Shown here one piece after another: positions 55,940 to 64,000 of a DNA stretch of 64,000 bases. The position numbers and the translations under genes were made by a program. The number at the start of each line of letters is the position of its first letter. The stretch's first letter is position 1. Below the pieces are notes generated by a model that saw nothing but the letters and a program-made list of their open reading frames with translations, searched no databases and was not told the origin of the DNA. The DNA is from a virus. Location of the stretch: IMG/VR virus record IMGVR_UViG_3300050343_000243, positions 1 through 64,000 of that record; one strand, given 5' to 3'.

Positions 55940-56987
55940 TTAACGGCGATGCCTTGCAGTCTTTTTGGCAACGTCTTCCGGTTGCTTACTGTGCTGTTGT
56001 CCTTTACGCATTGCCGCACGTTTCTTTGCAGTCGATCTTGCATACTCTTTATCTGACAAAGACTCCCGTGCTTTTTTCGGAAGGTATCGTTCACCCGTAG
56101 CTTTCTTACCTTGGGTCGAGTTTTTACCGGACTTGGTGCCCCACTCCTCGTTCGTCCAAGCAGAAAGAGATTTCTGTGATTCTTTCTTAGCCATCAGTCT
56201 TTATACCCCCCGCCTTTTGCTTTGTACTCTTTCGCCATCATCTGTGCTTTACGAGCAGACCACTGCCCTGGCTTCCCACCTTTGCTGCCAGCTTTGATGC
56301 GGTTGAAAATTGACTTACGCAATCCAGGCTTGGTGTAGTTACCTGCCTCATTGACACGAGACTTAGCTTTTTCTTTTGCCTTTGCTCGATCAGCCATTAC
56401 TTCTTACCTTTTTTCTCGTAGTACTTACGTAGACCTTCAGGCATCTTGGAAGTATCGCGTTCCTTAGATTCTTCTTCTTTACCTTTCATCTTGCCTTTGG
56501 TTTCTTCTTTCTTTTTTTCGAAGAATGCCTGTGCTTTCTTTTTAGACATAGCTCTTGATAATTTTAGGACCGTGGCTCATACCACCATTTGGTTTGGCTG
56601 GATAACGTTCAGGTTTCTTGGCACAGCCTTCACCTGTGTTCACCATTGGAAGCAAGGCTTGCCCTGCCATACGTGTAGGAAAATCGGTGTCCATCACCAC
56701 TTAGAATGATTGGCCCAGTATGCGGCTGACATTTTTCCTTTCTTGATGTTCTTAGCGTGGCGTGCCTTGAACGATGCACGCTTCTTCTTCATCTTCTCTG
56801 ACTCACCTTCTTTAGGTTTGCCAGCGGTCTTTGCTCCTTGCTCACCAAAACGAATAAGTTTCTCTTTGCCATTCTCTTTTGCAAGAACCACATGAGATTT
56901 AGTCGGGTGGTTAGGAGTGCGCTTAGGTTTGTTTGGAGTCAAATTCTCCTTGCTCAACCTATCTCCTGCCATGCGTTTTTCAGCCAT
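55940..56987 (-). other. Cluster of five small mostly Lys/Arg-rich proteins (55940-56194, 56194-56397, 56397-56549, 56542-56694, 56694-56987)
   Basis: Abutting ORFs; GQWSARKAQ, TGERYLPKKA and SAAYWAN motifs; two carry RMAG. Confidence 0.7.
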
Positions 56988-57141
56988 AGCAATATATAAC
57001 AGACCCTACTATTTTAGCTTCTTATCTAATGGATCATCTCCACCAGAAAGTATTGCTTTTGCTCTTTTGTAGTAGTAAGTATCCGTCTTCCCAGCATCTT
57101 CAAGAGCCTGTTTAATCTTGCGCCAATTTTCAATGTCGGTG

Positions 57142-57417
57142 TTATCCATCAGTAGTAGTAATAAATTCCATTTCGGCGTGCATCTGATCGGACAGATTGC
57201 ACACTTGTGCACAAGCACCAAGTACCAGGCCGCGCTGGTTAGGAGTTAGTTCCTTTGCTGTTTCAGCATCTTCTGCCAAGATGTTGCCGATATCACCTAG
57301 GCACATAATGATTGCCGGCAATCCCCACTTTTCGACAAGTCCATGCATTACAGATAGCAGCGGATTATCACCGCTTTCTACTGCTTCCCAGAATGCTTGA
57401 CGTTGTTCAGTAGTCAT
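57142..57417 (-). CDS. Hypothetical protein
   Basis: 91 aa; TAAAATAG upstream. Confidence 0.6.
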   Translation of the reverse strand: MTTEQRQAFWEAVESGDNPLLSVMHGLVEKWGLPAIIMCLGDIGNILAEDAETAKELTPNQRGLVLGACAQVCNLSDQMHAEMEFITTTDG

Positions 57418-57479
57418 ACAAATAGCAAGTAGTATATCTATTTTACAGTTAGAATTCTTATAGCAGGTATAAATATGTT

Positions 57480-58271
57480 ATGTCCCTATTAAGTGTTGAG
57501 TCTTTTAAGAATTTTTTTAAATATTATTCAGATGAACCACATCAACAGGCAGCAATAGAGGAACTGTATAAGCAAATAAGTATTAGTGGGCTAGACGAAG
57601 ATTCTATATGGGTAACAACATATCGAACACCATTTGAGCCGCCTCAACAGAAAACGCCTATTATTATTACTCCACCTGTTAGTCGACCAGCGGCAAAGAA
57701 TAACTGGCCTATTACCAAGCAAGAGATGGCAGACATAATGCAATGCAAGGCTAGCCAATTACCTGATGAACTAATGGATGACTTTGGTGTGTGCGCTGAA
57801 CTCTATGGAATGAATAGAACTAACATTGGCTATTTTTTGGGACAGTGCGGGCACGAGTCAGCGGGCTTGCGATACCCTATGGAATTAGCTTCTGGGGCTG
57901 ACTACGAATACAGAACTGACCTTGGCAATGTTTATACAGGTGATGGAGTTAAGTTTGCTGGTACAGGATGGATCCAAGTAACTGGACGATATTGGCATCA
58001 GACTTTTGCTGATTATTTACAAGCAGTAGGCAAACCTGATCCGAAGGTTATGGAGATTGGCAAAACCTATACATGCAATAAGTACCCTTGGTCTATAAGC
58101 GGGCATTGGTGGAACTGCAATGATATGAATGCCTACACAAATGGAAACCCGCCAATCGATCGAGTTGGTCAGCGGGTAAATGGTCGGTATTTACCGATCG
58201 GATTTGAAGATCGACGGAACTATTCGTGGAGAGCCTTTGAAGTTCTCAGGCTCCCATATCCAGGCAATTAG
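57480..58271 (+). CDS. GH19 (chitinase-like) endolysin
   Basis: FLGQCGHES...E...DLGN...DG.KFAGTGWIQVTGR...VNG. Confidence 0.85.
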   Translation: MSLLSVESFKNFFKYYSDEPHQQAAIEELYKQISISGLDEDSIWVTTYRTPFEPPQQKTPIIITPPVSRPAAKNNWPITKQEMADIMQCKASQLPDELMDDFGVCAELYGMNRTNIGYFLGQCGHESAGLRYPMELASGADYEYRTDLGNVYTGDGVKFAGTGWIQVTGRYWHQTFADYLQAVGKPDPKVMEIGKTYTCNKYPWSISGHWWNCNDMNAYTNGNPPIDRVGQRVNGRYLPIGFEDRRNYSWRAFEVLRLPYPGN

Positions 58272-58531
58272 ATATCCAATATTTCTGCAATTTGATCTGC
58301 AGTGTAACCTGCCTCTTCTAATGCTTTCGCTGCATTAAGCTTGACAGTTACATAGGATTCAATTGGATAAAATGTCTTACTGTCTATTTTATGAAATCCC
58401 ACAGGTACATAATCAGGCTGGATAGACAAATTAAAGATACCCAATTCAGGAATAGCTTGGAGACTGCCATACTTGGCTATAAGCTCTTCCCCATCAATAA
58501 GACTATCTGCGGTTAAGTTGTAGTACTTCAT
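58268..58531 (-). CDS. Tail fibre-associated small protein
   Basis: 87 aa downstream of a fibre gene. Confidence 0.5.
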   Translation of the reverse strand: MKYYNLTADSLIDGEELIAKYGSLQAIPELGIFNLSIQPDYVPVGFHKIDSKTFYPIESYVTVKLNAAKALEEAGYTADQIAEILDI

Positions 58532-61422
58532 TAGGTTCCTGATTGAAAGGTGTTGTAAGTGGATTCCAAAGCATCTGCATTGTCAGACTCATACTTAACT
58601 TTAACTCGATAATAAGTATTAGCAGACAAAGTAGGATTGCTCCAAGCAGTGGAACCATCCTGGCTGGCATTAGCTGCAGTATCAGAATAAGTTCCGACTA
58701 CAGTCCAAGGACCTGAGGCACTGCTACTAGTTTCAAGCGTCCAGACTCGTCGAAGAAGGGTTGCATCCAAACCTGTGACAGGCGTTGTGTTGTTATTCGA
58801 TGAAGTAAACACAATGCTGCTAGGTGAAGGAGCGGCCCTTGTGACTGTTGCACCCTCTGCATAGAGATTAGGTAACCAGTTCCCAGTAGTACCCGAGAGC
58901 GTGATAGTGCTTCCAGCCTGAGAATCGACAGTCGTTGAGACTGTGTCCAGGGTTGGACCTGTCAGGGAGGCACCTGTAGGAACAGGAGAATCCACGACCA
59001 TCTTCTTCGTTGTTGGGTCAGCATCCGTTACAACACTGGCATTCGTACCGAATGAACCTGCGGTTGCGTCTTCCTCGATGGCGATGTAAATAAAAGTTTC
59101 CCCTGAACTATTAAAGTCTGAGTCAGAACGATCGTCGATTTGAAACCCATTGGAGTTAAACCATACATACGGACCAAAGCCGCCATCAATTGTTTCGCCC
59201 CATAGTCCGTCAGCTCTTAAATACCTATCAACATTAGTAGCGCTGGACCTTTTGTTGTCGAATATACTCCAAGAGCCAGAACCAGTAGCTCGCTTAACCA
59301 TCAGCCAACCAGGCTTAAATCCGACACCGTTAACATACACACCACTACCACTGGTATAGCCCGTATAGGTGCCGCACTTAATGCTTCCAGTGTTAGCAAA
59401 TAGGTAGGCGACATATTCCTCTCCATTCTGATTAACATCAGTAGACGATGAAAGTGTGAAATGAGTAGAAGTAGGCGTTGTGTCATCCCACGCTGTAGTA
59501 CCTGCTTGTCCGTTACTTGAGTTTAATCTCAGAGTCTTTTCGTTTCCTGTAGATGTATGATAGACCTCCCAGCTTCCACTACCGCTTGTCTTCTTAACAA
59601 TCATCATGCCAGGCACGCTCGTGAGGCCATGCGGAATGTTTCTAGTCGAACCGTTCCCCGTCCAGGTAACAATATCCATGAAATTAGGCGCTGCACGGAA
59701 GTTCCAGGCGACCATATTCCCGTTGTTTGTAGTATTACTACCTCCAACATCAAACCCAGTGCTGTTTAAACCATTAACTGCGTAAGGTGTTTCAACTAAT
59801 CCACCTGTAGTATTAGTTGAAAACGCATACAAATCAGTTCTACCAGATGCCACTGGTGCACTTGTATGAGTTAAAATGTGATCACCACTTGAGTTTCTTT
59901 TTTTAAGCCAAAGCAACGAATTCTTGGTATTATCAATTCCAGTAGTAATTGACTGTGTTGAGCTGTTACCCGTATAAAGCGTCGTGCTAAAAGCATCGGT
60001 CTGAGTTGTGCTTGCAGGTGAAGAGACAGCGGCACCGGCCTTCAGGAACTGCAGATCGGTGTCATCTGTAAAAGTCAGTTCAGTTGTGTCTGCGGAGAAC
60101 GCACTGTCGCTGATAGCGATGTAAACGTACTTAGTCGAAGAGTTAATGCTGATCTCACTGTATCCGGGGTTTCCGTTGAATCCGGTAGAAGTGAAACCAA
60201 AGCCCCAACCACCTTCGTTGACTTCTGCGTCGTCTGTATTTGGTCTGAATATCATCGAGCCTCTGACATTGTCCATCAAGACCCAATTTGAGCCACCATC
60301 AACTCGCTTGATGATCACAAAGGCTGGCCTAAAACCGCAGTTAATGCCGCTGCTGAGCTCGTTACCCATATATGAGCCGCACTTAATGTTGGTGTCGTCG
60401 CTGGCAAATAGGTAGGCGACATAGTCCGAACCCTGATCATTCGGGGTGCCGTTCTGGCCCAAAGTGAACGTAGTGTCTGTGTCACTCAAGAAGGCGTCTG
60501 AAACGCTCACTGCCCCCGCGGATGAATCCAGCCGCAGCATTTGTGACCTGGTTAAGTCTTTATGCCAGAAGCCCCAGTTAGAAACTTGACTAAGGTTCTT
60601 CGTGATGATTACACCAGGAATTGCGCCAAGGTCATGGGGGATAACATTATTAGTTGTGCTCGTACCTGTTCCTGTGTATTCGACAATATCCATGAAGCCT
60701 CGGGCCTTCACGAACGAATAGGCCATCATGCCTTTAGAACTTTGATTCACAGAACTGTCGGTCCCGATCGTAAAGCCAGTAGATCCGAAGGCCTTAAGTT
60801 GATTCGTGCTGTTGCCCTCAGAGCCGCTCGAGTTGGAGTTGAGGGCTTTGTTTGCCCCTCTTACAGTGTCAGTAAGGATGTGATCCTGACCGCTGCTGCC
60901 CCTGTTCTTGATCCAGACCAGTCCACCTGATCCGGTCATGTCGAGATTGTTCGTGATTGTTTTTTGCGTAGCGTCGCCCCAATAGGCATTGATTGCGAAG
61001 AGATCCTCGCCCGTAATTGTTGTGGCTGCCGTGATGGCTGTGGTCTGTGGGGTCTTCACGTTGCCGTTGGCATCCACCATCTTGACGGGGCCAACAATGT
61101 TCGCCAGTTCGGTGTCATCTGTGAAAGTGATGACGCCACCGGTCTCGCTGACAATTGCAGTAGACAATGGTTCGTAAGACTGACCTGCGTTTAGTCCTGC
61201 CCCGTTGAGAGGTGTTAGTACCTGAACAGGAGAGTCGAAATAACCAGAAGTACCAAGCTGATCTTTAACATCGAGACCAGTGACTTTATAGCTGTCCGTA
61301 CCTCTTTGGATTAGTAATAGGTCAGTATCGTTAATAGTACTCATTAGATCTTCCGCGTTAAGTTTATAAGAATTGGCTCCTCTTTGAACCAGGAACTGGT
61401 CGTCATCATTTAAAGTGCTCAT
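58531..61422 (-). CDS. Tail fibre protein with two tandem ~280-aa repeats
   Basis: Ser/Thr/Gly-rich; repeated LVWIKxR, FMDIVxxTG, IPHxL, YVAYLFA, IKCGxY, YIAI. Confidence 0.8.
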   Translation of the reverse strand: MSTLNDDDQFLVQRGANSYKLNAEDLMSTINDTDLLLIQRGTDSYKVTGLDVKDQLGTSGYFDSPVQVLTPLNGAGLNAGQSYEPLSTAIVSETGGVITFTDDTELANIVGPVKMVDANGNVKTPQTTAITAATTITGEDLFAINAYWGDATQKTITNNLDMTGSGGLVWIKNRGSSGQDHILTDTVRGANKALNSNSSGSEGNSTNQLKAFGSTGFTIGTDSSVNQSSKGMMAYSFVKARGFMDIVEYTGTGTSTTNNVIPHDLGAIPGVIITKNLSQVSNWGFWHKDLTRSQMLRLDSSAGAVSVSDAFLSDTDTTFTLGQNGTPNDQGSDYVAYLFASDDTNIKCGSYMGNELSSGINCGFRPAFVIIKRVDGGSNWVLMDNVRGSMIFRPNTDDAEVNEGGWGFGFTSTGFNGNPGYSEISINSSTKYVYIAISDSAFSADTTELTFTDDTDLQFLKAGAAVSSPASTTQTDAFSTTLYTGNSSTQSITTGIDNTKNSLLWLKKRNSSGDHILTHTSAPVASGRTDLYAFSTNTTGGLVETPYAVNGLNSTGFDVGGSNTTNNGNMVAWNFRAAPNFMDIVTWTGNGSTRNIPHGLTSVPGMMIVKKTSGSGSWEVYHTSTGNEKTLRLNSSNGQAGTTAWDDTTPTSTHFTLSSSTDVNQNGEEYVAYLFANTGSIKCGTYTGYTSGSGVYVNGVGFKPGWLMVKRATGSGSWSIFDNKRSSATNVDRYLRADGLWGETIDGGFGPYVWFNSNGFQIDDRSDSDFNSSGETFIYIAIEEDATAGSFGTNASVVTDADPTTKKMVVDSPVPTGASLTGPTLDTVSTTVDSQAGSTITLSGTTGNWLPNLYAEGATVTRAAPSPSSIVFTSSNNNTTPVTGLDATLLRRVWTLETSSSASGPWTVVGTYSDTAANASQDGSTAWSNPTLSANTYYRVKVKYESDNADALESTYNTFQSGT

Positions 61423-61643
61423 GGTAAAGTCGTCAGTAAATCAACTCGAAAGCCAGATGCGCTAACGGTTGAAGCAACAGTTAAACTGCCGGTGACGCTG
61501 ACGTTCCCGTTCGAATCGGGAAGCAATGGAAGACCAGAGGTTTGTGCTCTAGACGTCCACTTATCTCCGTCCCATACATATGAAGAACCTTGATAGGTAT
61601 AAACGTCGTTAACGGATGGTGATTGGGGGAATGTTAATGCCAT
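61419..61643 (-). CDS. Small tail fibre-associated protein
   Basis: FPQSPSVND.Y......YVWDGDKW motif. Confidence 0.6.
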   Translation of the reverse strand: MALTFPQSPSVNDVYTYQGSSYVWDGDKWTSRAQTSGLPLLPDSNGNVSVTGSLTVASTVSASGFRVDLLTTLP

Positions 61644-61645
61644 GA

Positions 61646-61927
61646 TTATTCAAATGGTGAGGTGGGGAATGTAACTTGTACTGGATATCCTGTTTGTTCT
61701 GGTAGATCCCGCAAAGCTTGTCTGTACGTAGCCCATGCCTCCTTATCAGTAGGAGTATCAGGTAGTTGTGTCCAGTCTGATGCTGCCAAAAGTTCGTTGC
61801 GCTTGGCAACTAATTGACCGGCGAGTGTTTCAGACCAGGCTTCTTCTACGGTTAAACCAGGATCTTCGACACGAGCATCGTAGGTGTCAAAGATTTTCTT
61901 TGCTTCTGCATATTGTTGTGCATTCAT
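61646..61927 (-). CDS. Tail fibre assembly chaperone
   Basis: RNELLAASDWTQLPD...WATYRQALRDLPEQ...FP. Confidence 0.85.
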   Translation of the reverse strand: MNAQQYAEAKKIFDTYDARVEDPGLTVEEAWSETLAGQLVAKRNELLAASDWTQLPDTPTDKEAWATYRQALRDLPEQTGYPVQVTFPTSPFE

Positions 61928-61929
61928 GA

Positions 61930-64000
61930 TTAAGCGGGGGTAATGATGTTAGACGAGAAGGTATCAGTAGCAGAGCTGTTAGTTGCGTCTACCTCTACTT
62001 GCAGAGTTGTTCCAGCAGGCAGTTCCGAATCAGGAGTATTGCCTGTTGGGAATGTTGCTGGAAAACTAATCTGTTGTGAAGTGCCTGGACCAAGTTGGGT
62101 AAAACCAGGGTCACTTGACTGTGTAGTAGTGACAGCACCGCTGCTATTAATCACAAGGAAACGAGTTGAAGTGGCGTTTCCGGTTGAGGCAGTAGCCTCC
62201 ACGAAGTCACCTGTTGCAAAATCATCGAAACCATTAACTACAATGTCTGTGGTCCCATTGCCATTTGAAGTAATAGAGCCGATTTTTGCGAACAACATTG
62301 GATTTGTTGCACCAGGCTTTTTCACAACATCACCAACATTAAGTAAACTTAAATCAGCACCATCAGTTACGGTTACTGTCTGAGAGCGGATTGAGGTTAC
62401 ATAATAGTAAAGGTTGTTGTTGGTGCCATCCTTTCTGGCACGCTGTCGGCGGCCGTATAAATAATTGTCAGGTACCATGAATTCAGCTTCATGGCCACTT
62501 GTTTCTGTTGGGTAAGCATTAGCAACCCAGGTAGCTCCTGAGTTATTACTGGAGTAGTAATGGGCTGCCCGGGCGGAGTAGCTTGAATTGTAATTTGTAT
62601 TTCTTGCGATTAAGTTGCCAAAAGGGTCTTCCCAAATACAGTAATATTCGTTTACATAGCCAGAAGGTGCTGAAGGTAATGTATACGACTGAGGAGTTGA
62701 ATTACCCGGAGTAAACCTACGAATCTTATCTCTGAAGACCGTAATTACGGCCCCTTTATGCCAGATAACGCAACCTACTTCGTTGCGCATATAGGTTGAT
62801 ATAGATCCGTCTTTGTAAATATAGCTGCCTTGTGAAAGGCTTGCACTTTGAGCGTCTGTAAGTTCTCTATACCAAAGATTGTTTGACGTGCTATCTCTTC
62901 CAATAATAAAGACCCTGTCGGACAAAGTTTCAATAGCATGCATACCACCACCGGATCCATTTATTCCAGTACATGAAATGGTAGTATAATTACTTCCATC
63001 AAGTTCAGTACGATATACCGTACCGTTAGCCCGAAAATCGTAAATGTAAGCATCCGTTGAAACTTTACATCCCGAGGATTTTGATGGGTTGCCACCAAGA
63101 ATATTTGAAATGTTAAAAGATGAATTATAATTATCGTCTCTCCTACCAAAAACGTTAAGGAATGTGCCCAGCCTATTTGCTTTTACATGTCTTGGATACT
63201 CATCCGAAAATGATGTATAGAAATTATTTTTAAGTACTGTGTAGGCAACTAAATCTTTGCTCGCATTTTCCAACATATCGTCATTGCTATTACTACCATC
63301 GGGGATCCACATAAAACATCTAACTGCATTAGTAGACGGATCAACTAATTGAAAAGCAGATACCCAATAACCGTTATTAAGAGTACTGCTACCACTTTTT
63401 GTAGAATTACCTATATTTGAGGCACTGGTAGAAACTGTTTCAGCAGTAATAGCTGTTGTTGATGGGAACTGTTGAAATTGTGCAGTAACCTTACCTTTGA
63501 TACCCTTTTGACTTACAGGTGCACCTTCATCAAGCATCGTAATAGCAACAGAAAATGCTTCACTAGTAAAGCGATCACCTGAAGTATTTTGCTCTGTAAG
63601 TACTACATTACCAATTGATGGAGGAGAAACAGATGCACCACCCGCTGCTTCCCAAACAGTTCCATTCCAGATTTGAAGTTTACTGTCTGATGAGTTGAAG
63701 ATCATGTCTCCAGCATTCAACCCAGTCAGGCTATTACGTGCTGTTGTTGTGTATGCACCGGGATTTATAACCGCACCATTCAACTTGGGTGATGTAACCG
63801 TGTTCTTATCTGGATTATAAGACAGAGATGTTGAATAATTAAATTCATCATCTGTACCATCGAAAGCGCCAGAGATACCAGTCAAGTAGTACTCAACATC
63901 ATCTGTGTTGATTACTGTTGCTGCCAAGATAGTCGTTTCAGGGACTGCAGGTATCCACTGCGATGAGTTAGCGTCTGTGTAGTAGACATATAAACGACCG
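61930..64000 (-). CDS. Tail fibre protein (partial, starts beyond the window)
   Basis: Frame open to the edge (GRLYVYYTDANSSQW...); GDMIFNSSDSKLQIWNGTVW motif. Confidence 0.75.
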   Translation of the reverse strand, partial: GRLYVYYTDANSSQWIPAVPETTILAATVINTDDVEYYLTGISGAFDGTDDEFNYSTSLSYNPDKNTVTSPKLNGAVINPGAYTTTARNSLTGLNAGDMIFNSSDSKLQIWNGTVWEAAGGASVSPPSIGNVVLTEQNTSGDRFTSEAFSVAITMLDEGAPVSQKGIKGKVTAQFQQFPSTTAITAETVSTSASNIGNSTKSGSSTLNNGYWVSAFQLVDPSTNAVRCFMWIPDGSNSNDDMLENASKDLVAYTVLKNNFYTSFSDEYPRHVKANRLGTFLNVFGRRDDNYNSSFNISNILGGNPSKSSGCKVSTDAYIYDFRANGTVYRTELDGSNYTTISCTGINGSGGGMHAIETLSDRVFIIGRDSTSNNLWYRELTDAQSASLSQGSYIYKDGSISTYMRNEVGCVIWHKGAVITVFRDKIRRFTPGNSTPQSYTLPSAPSGYVNEYYCIWEDPFGNLIARNTNYNSSYSARAAHYYSSNNSGATWVANAYPTETSGHEAEFMVPDNYLYGRRQRARKDGTNNNLYYYVTSIRSQTVTVTDGADLSLLNVGDVVKKPGATNPMLFAKIGSITSNGNGTTDIVVNGFDDFATGDFVEATASTGNATSTRFLVINSSGAVTTTQSSDPGFTQLGPGTSQQISFPATFPTGNTPDSELPAGTTLQVEVDATNSSATDTFSSNIITPA

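Noticed and set aside
58531-64000. Diversity-generating retroelement acting on the tail fibres
   Set aside because: No reverse transcriptase, and no near-identical TR/VR pair differing at adenines in the window

Overview
This is a 64-kb segment of a tailed cyanophage genome, probably infecting marine Synechococcus. The gene set (VapE-type primase-helicase, split PolA, cyano-podo/sipho-type RNR, ThyX, integrase) resembles my recollection of S-EIV1-like phages, but I have not verified this. Layout: (1) 1-15314, mostly minus strand: portal-like gene, large terminase and many Gly/Ala-rich putative internal virion proteins. (2) About 15350-16000: non-coding strand switch. (3) 16000-34900, plus strand: early/accessory region of very small ORFs plus psbA, hli, RlpA and DUF932. 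(4) 34900-51500: nucleotide metabolism and replication (infA, NTP-PPase, nrdAB, thyX, SSBs, exonuclease, primase-helicase, split PolA), ending in a glutamine riboswitch with a DUF4278 gene. (5) 51600-64000, mostly minus strand: NblA-like gene, HNH, holin-like genes, a xis/integrase/attP (tRNA-Pro 3' half) module, small basic proteins, GH19 endolysin and tail fibres. The most striking unexplained structure is a 20-copy bipartite element: a 6-bp GC stem with 3-nt loop, exactly 12 nt, then TG(T/C)YYT, with a start codon about 19 nt later. It heads single-gene cassettes in the early region and is best read as a novel hairpin-type promoter or RNA 5'-end signal. Also notable are three ~120-bp inverted CTAC-iteron origin-like elements, an R-[FML]-A-G motif shared by about 10 dispersed late-type proteins, a likely -1 frameshift in a holin-like gene, and three clustered catalytically degenerate enzymes. 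Scattered single-base indels suggest some sequencing error. All family assignments are from motif recognition, not database searches.
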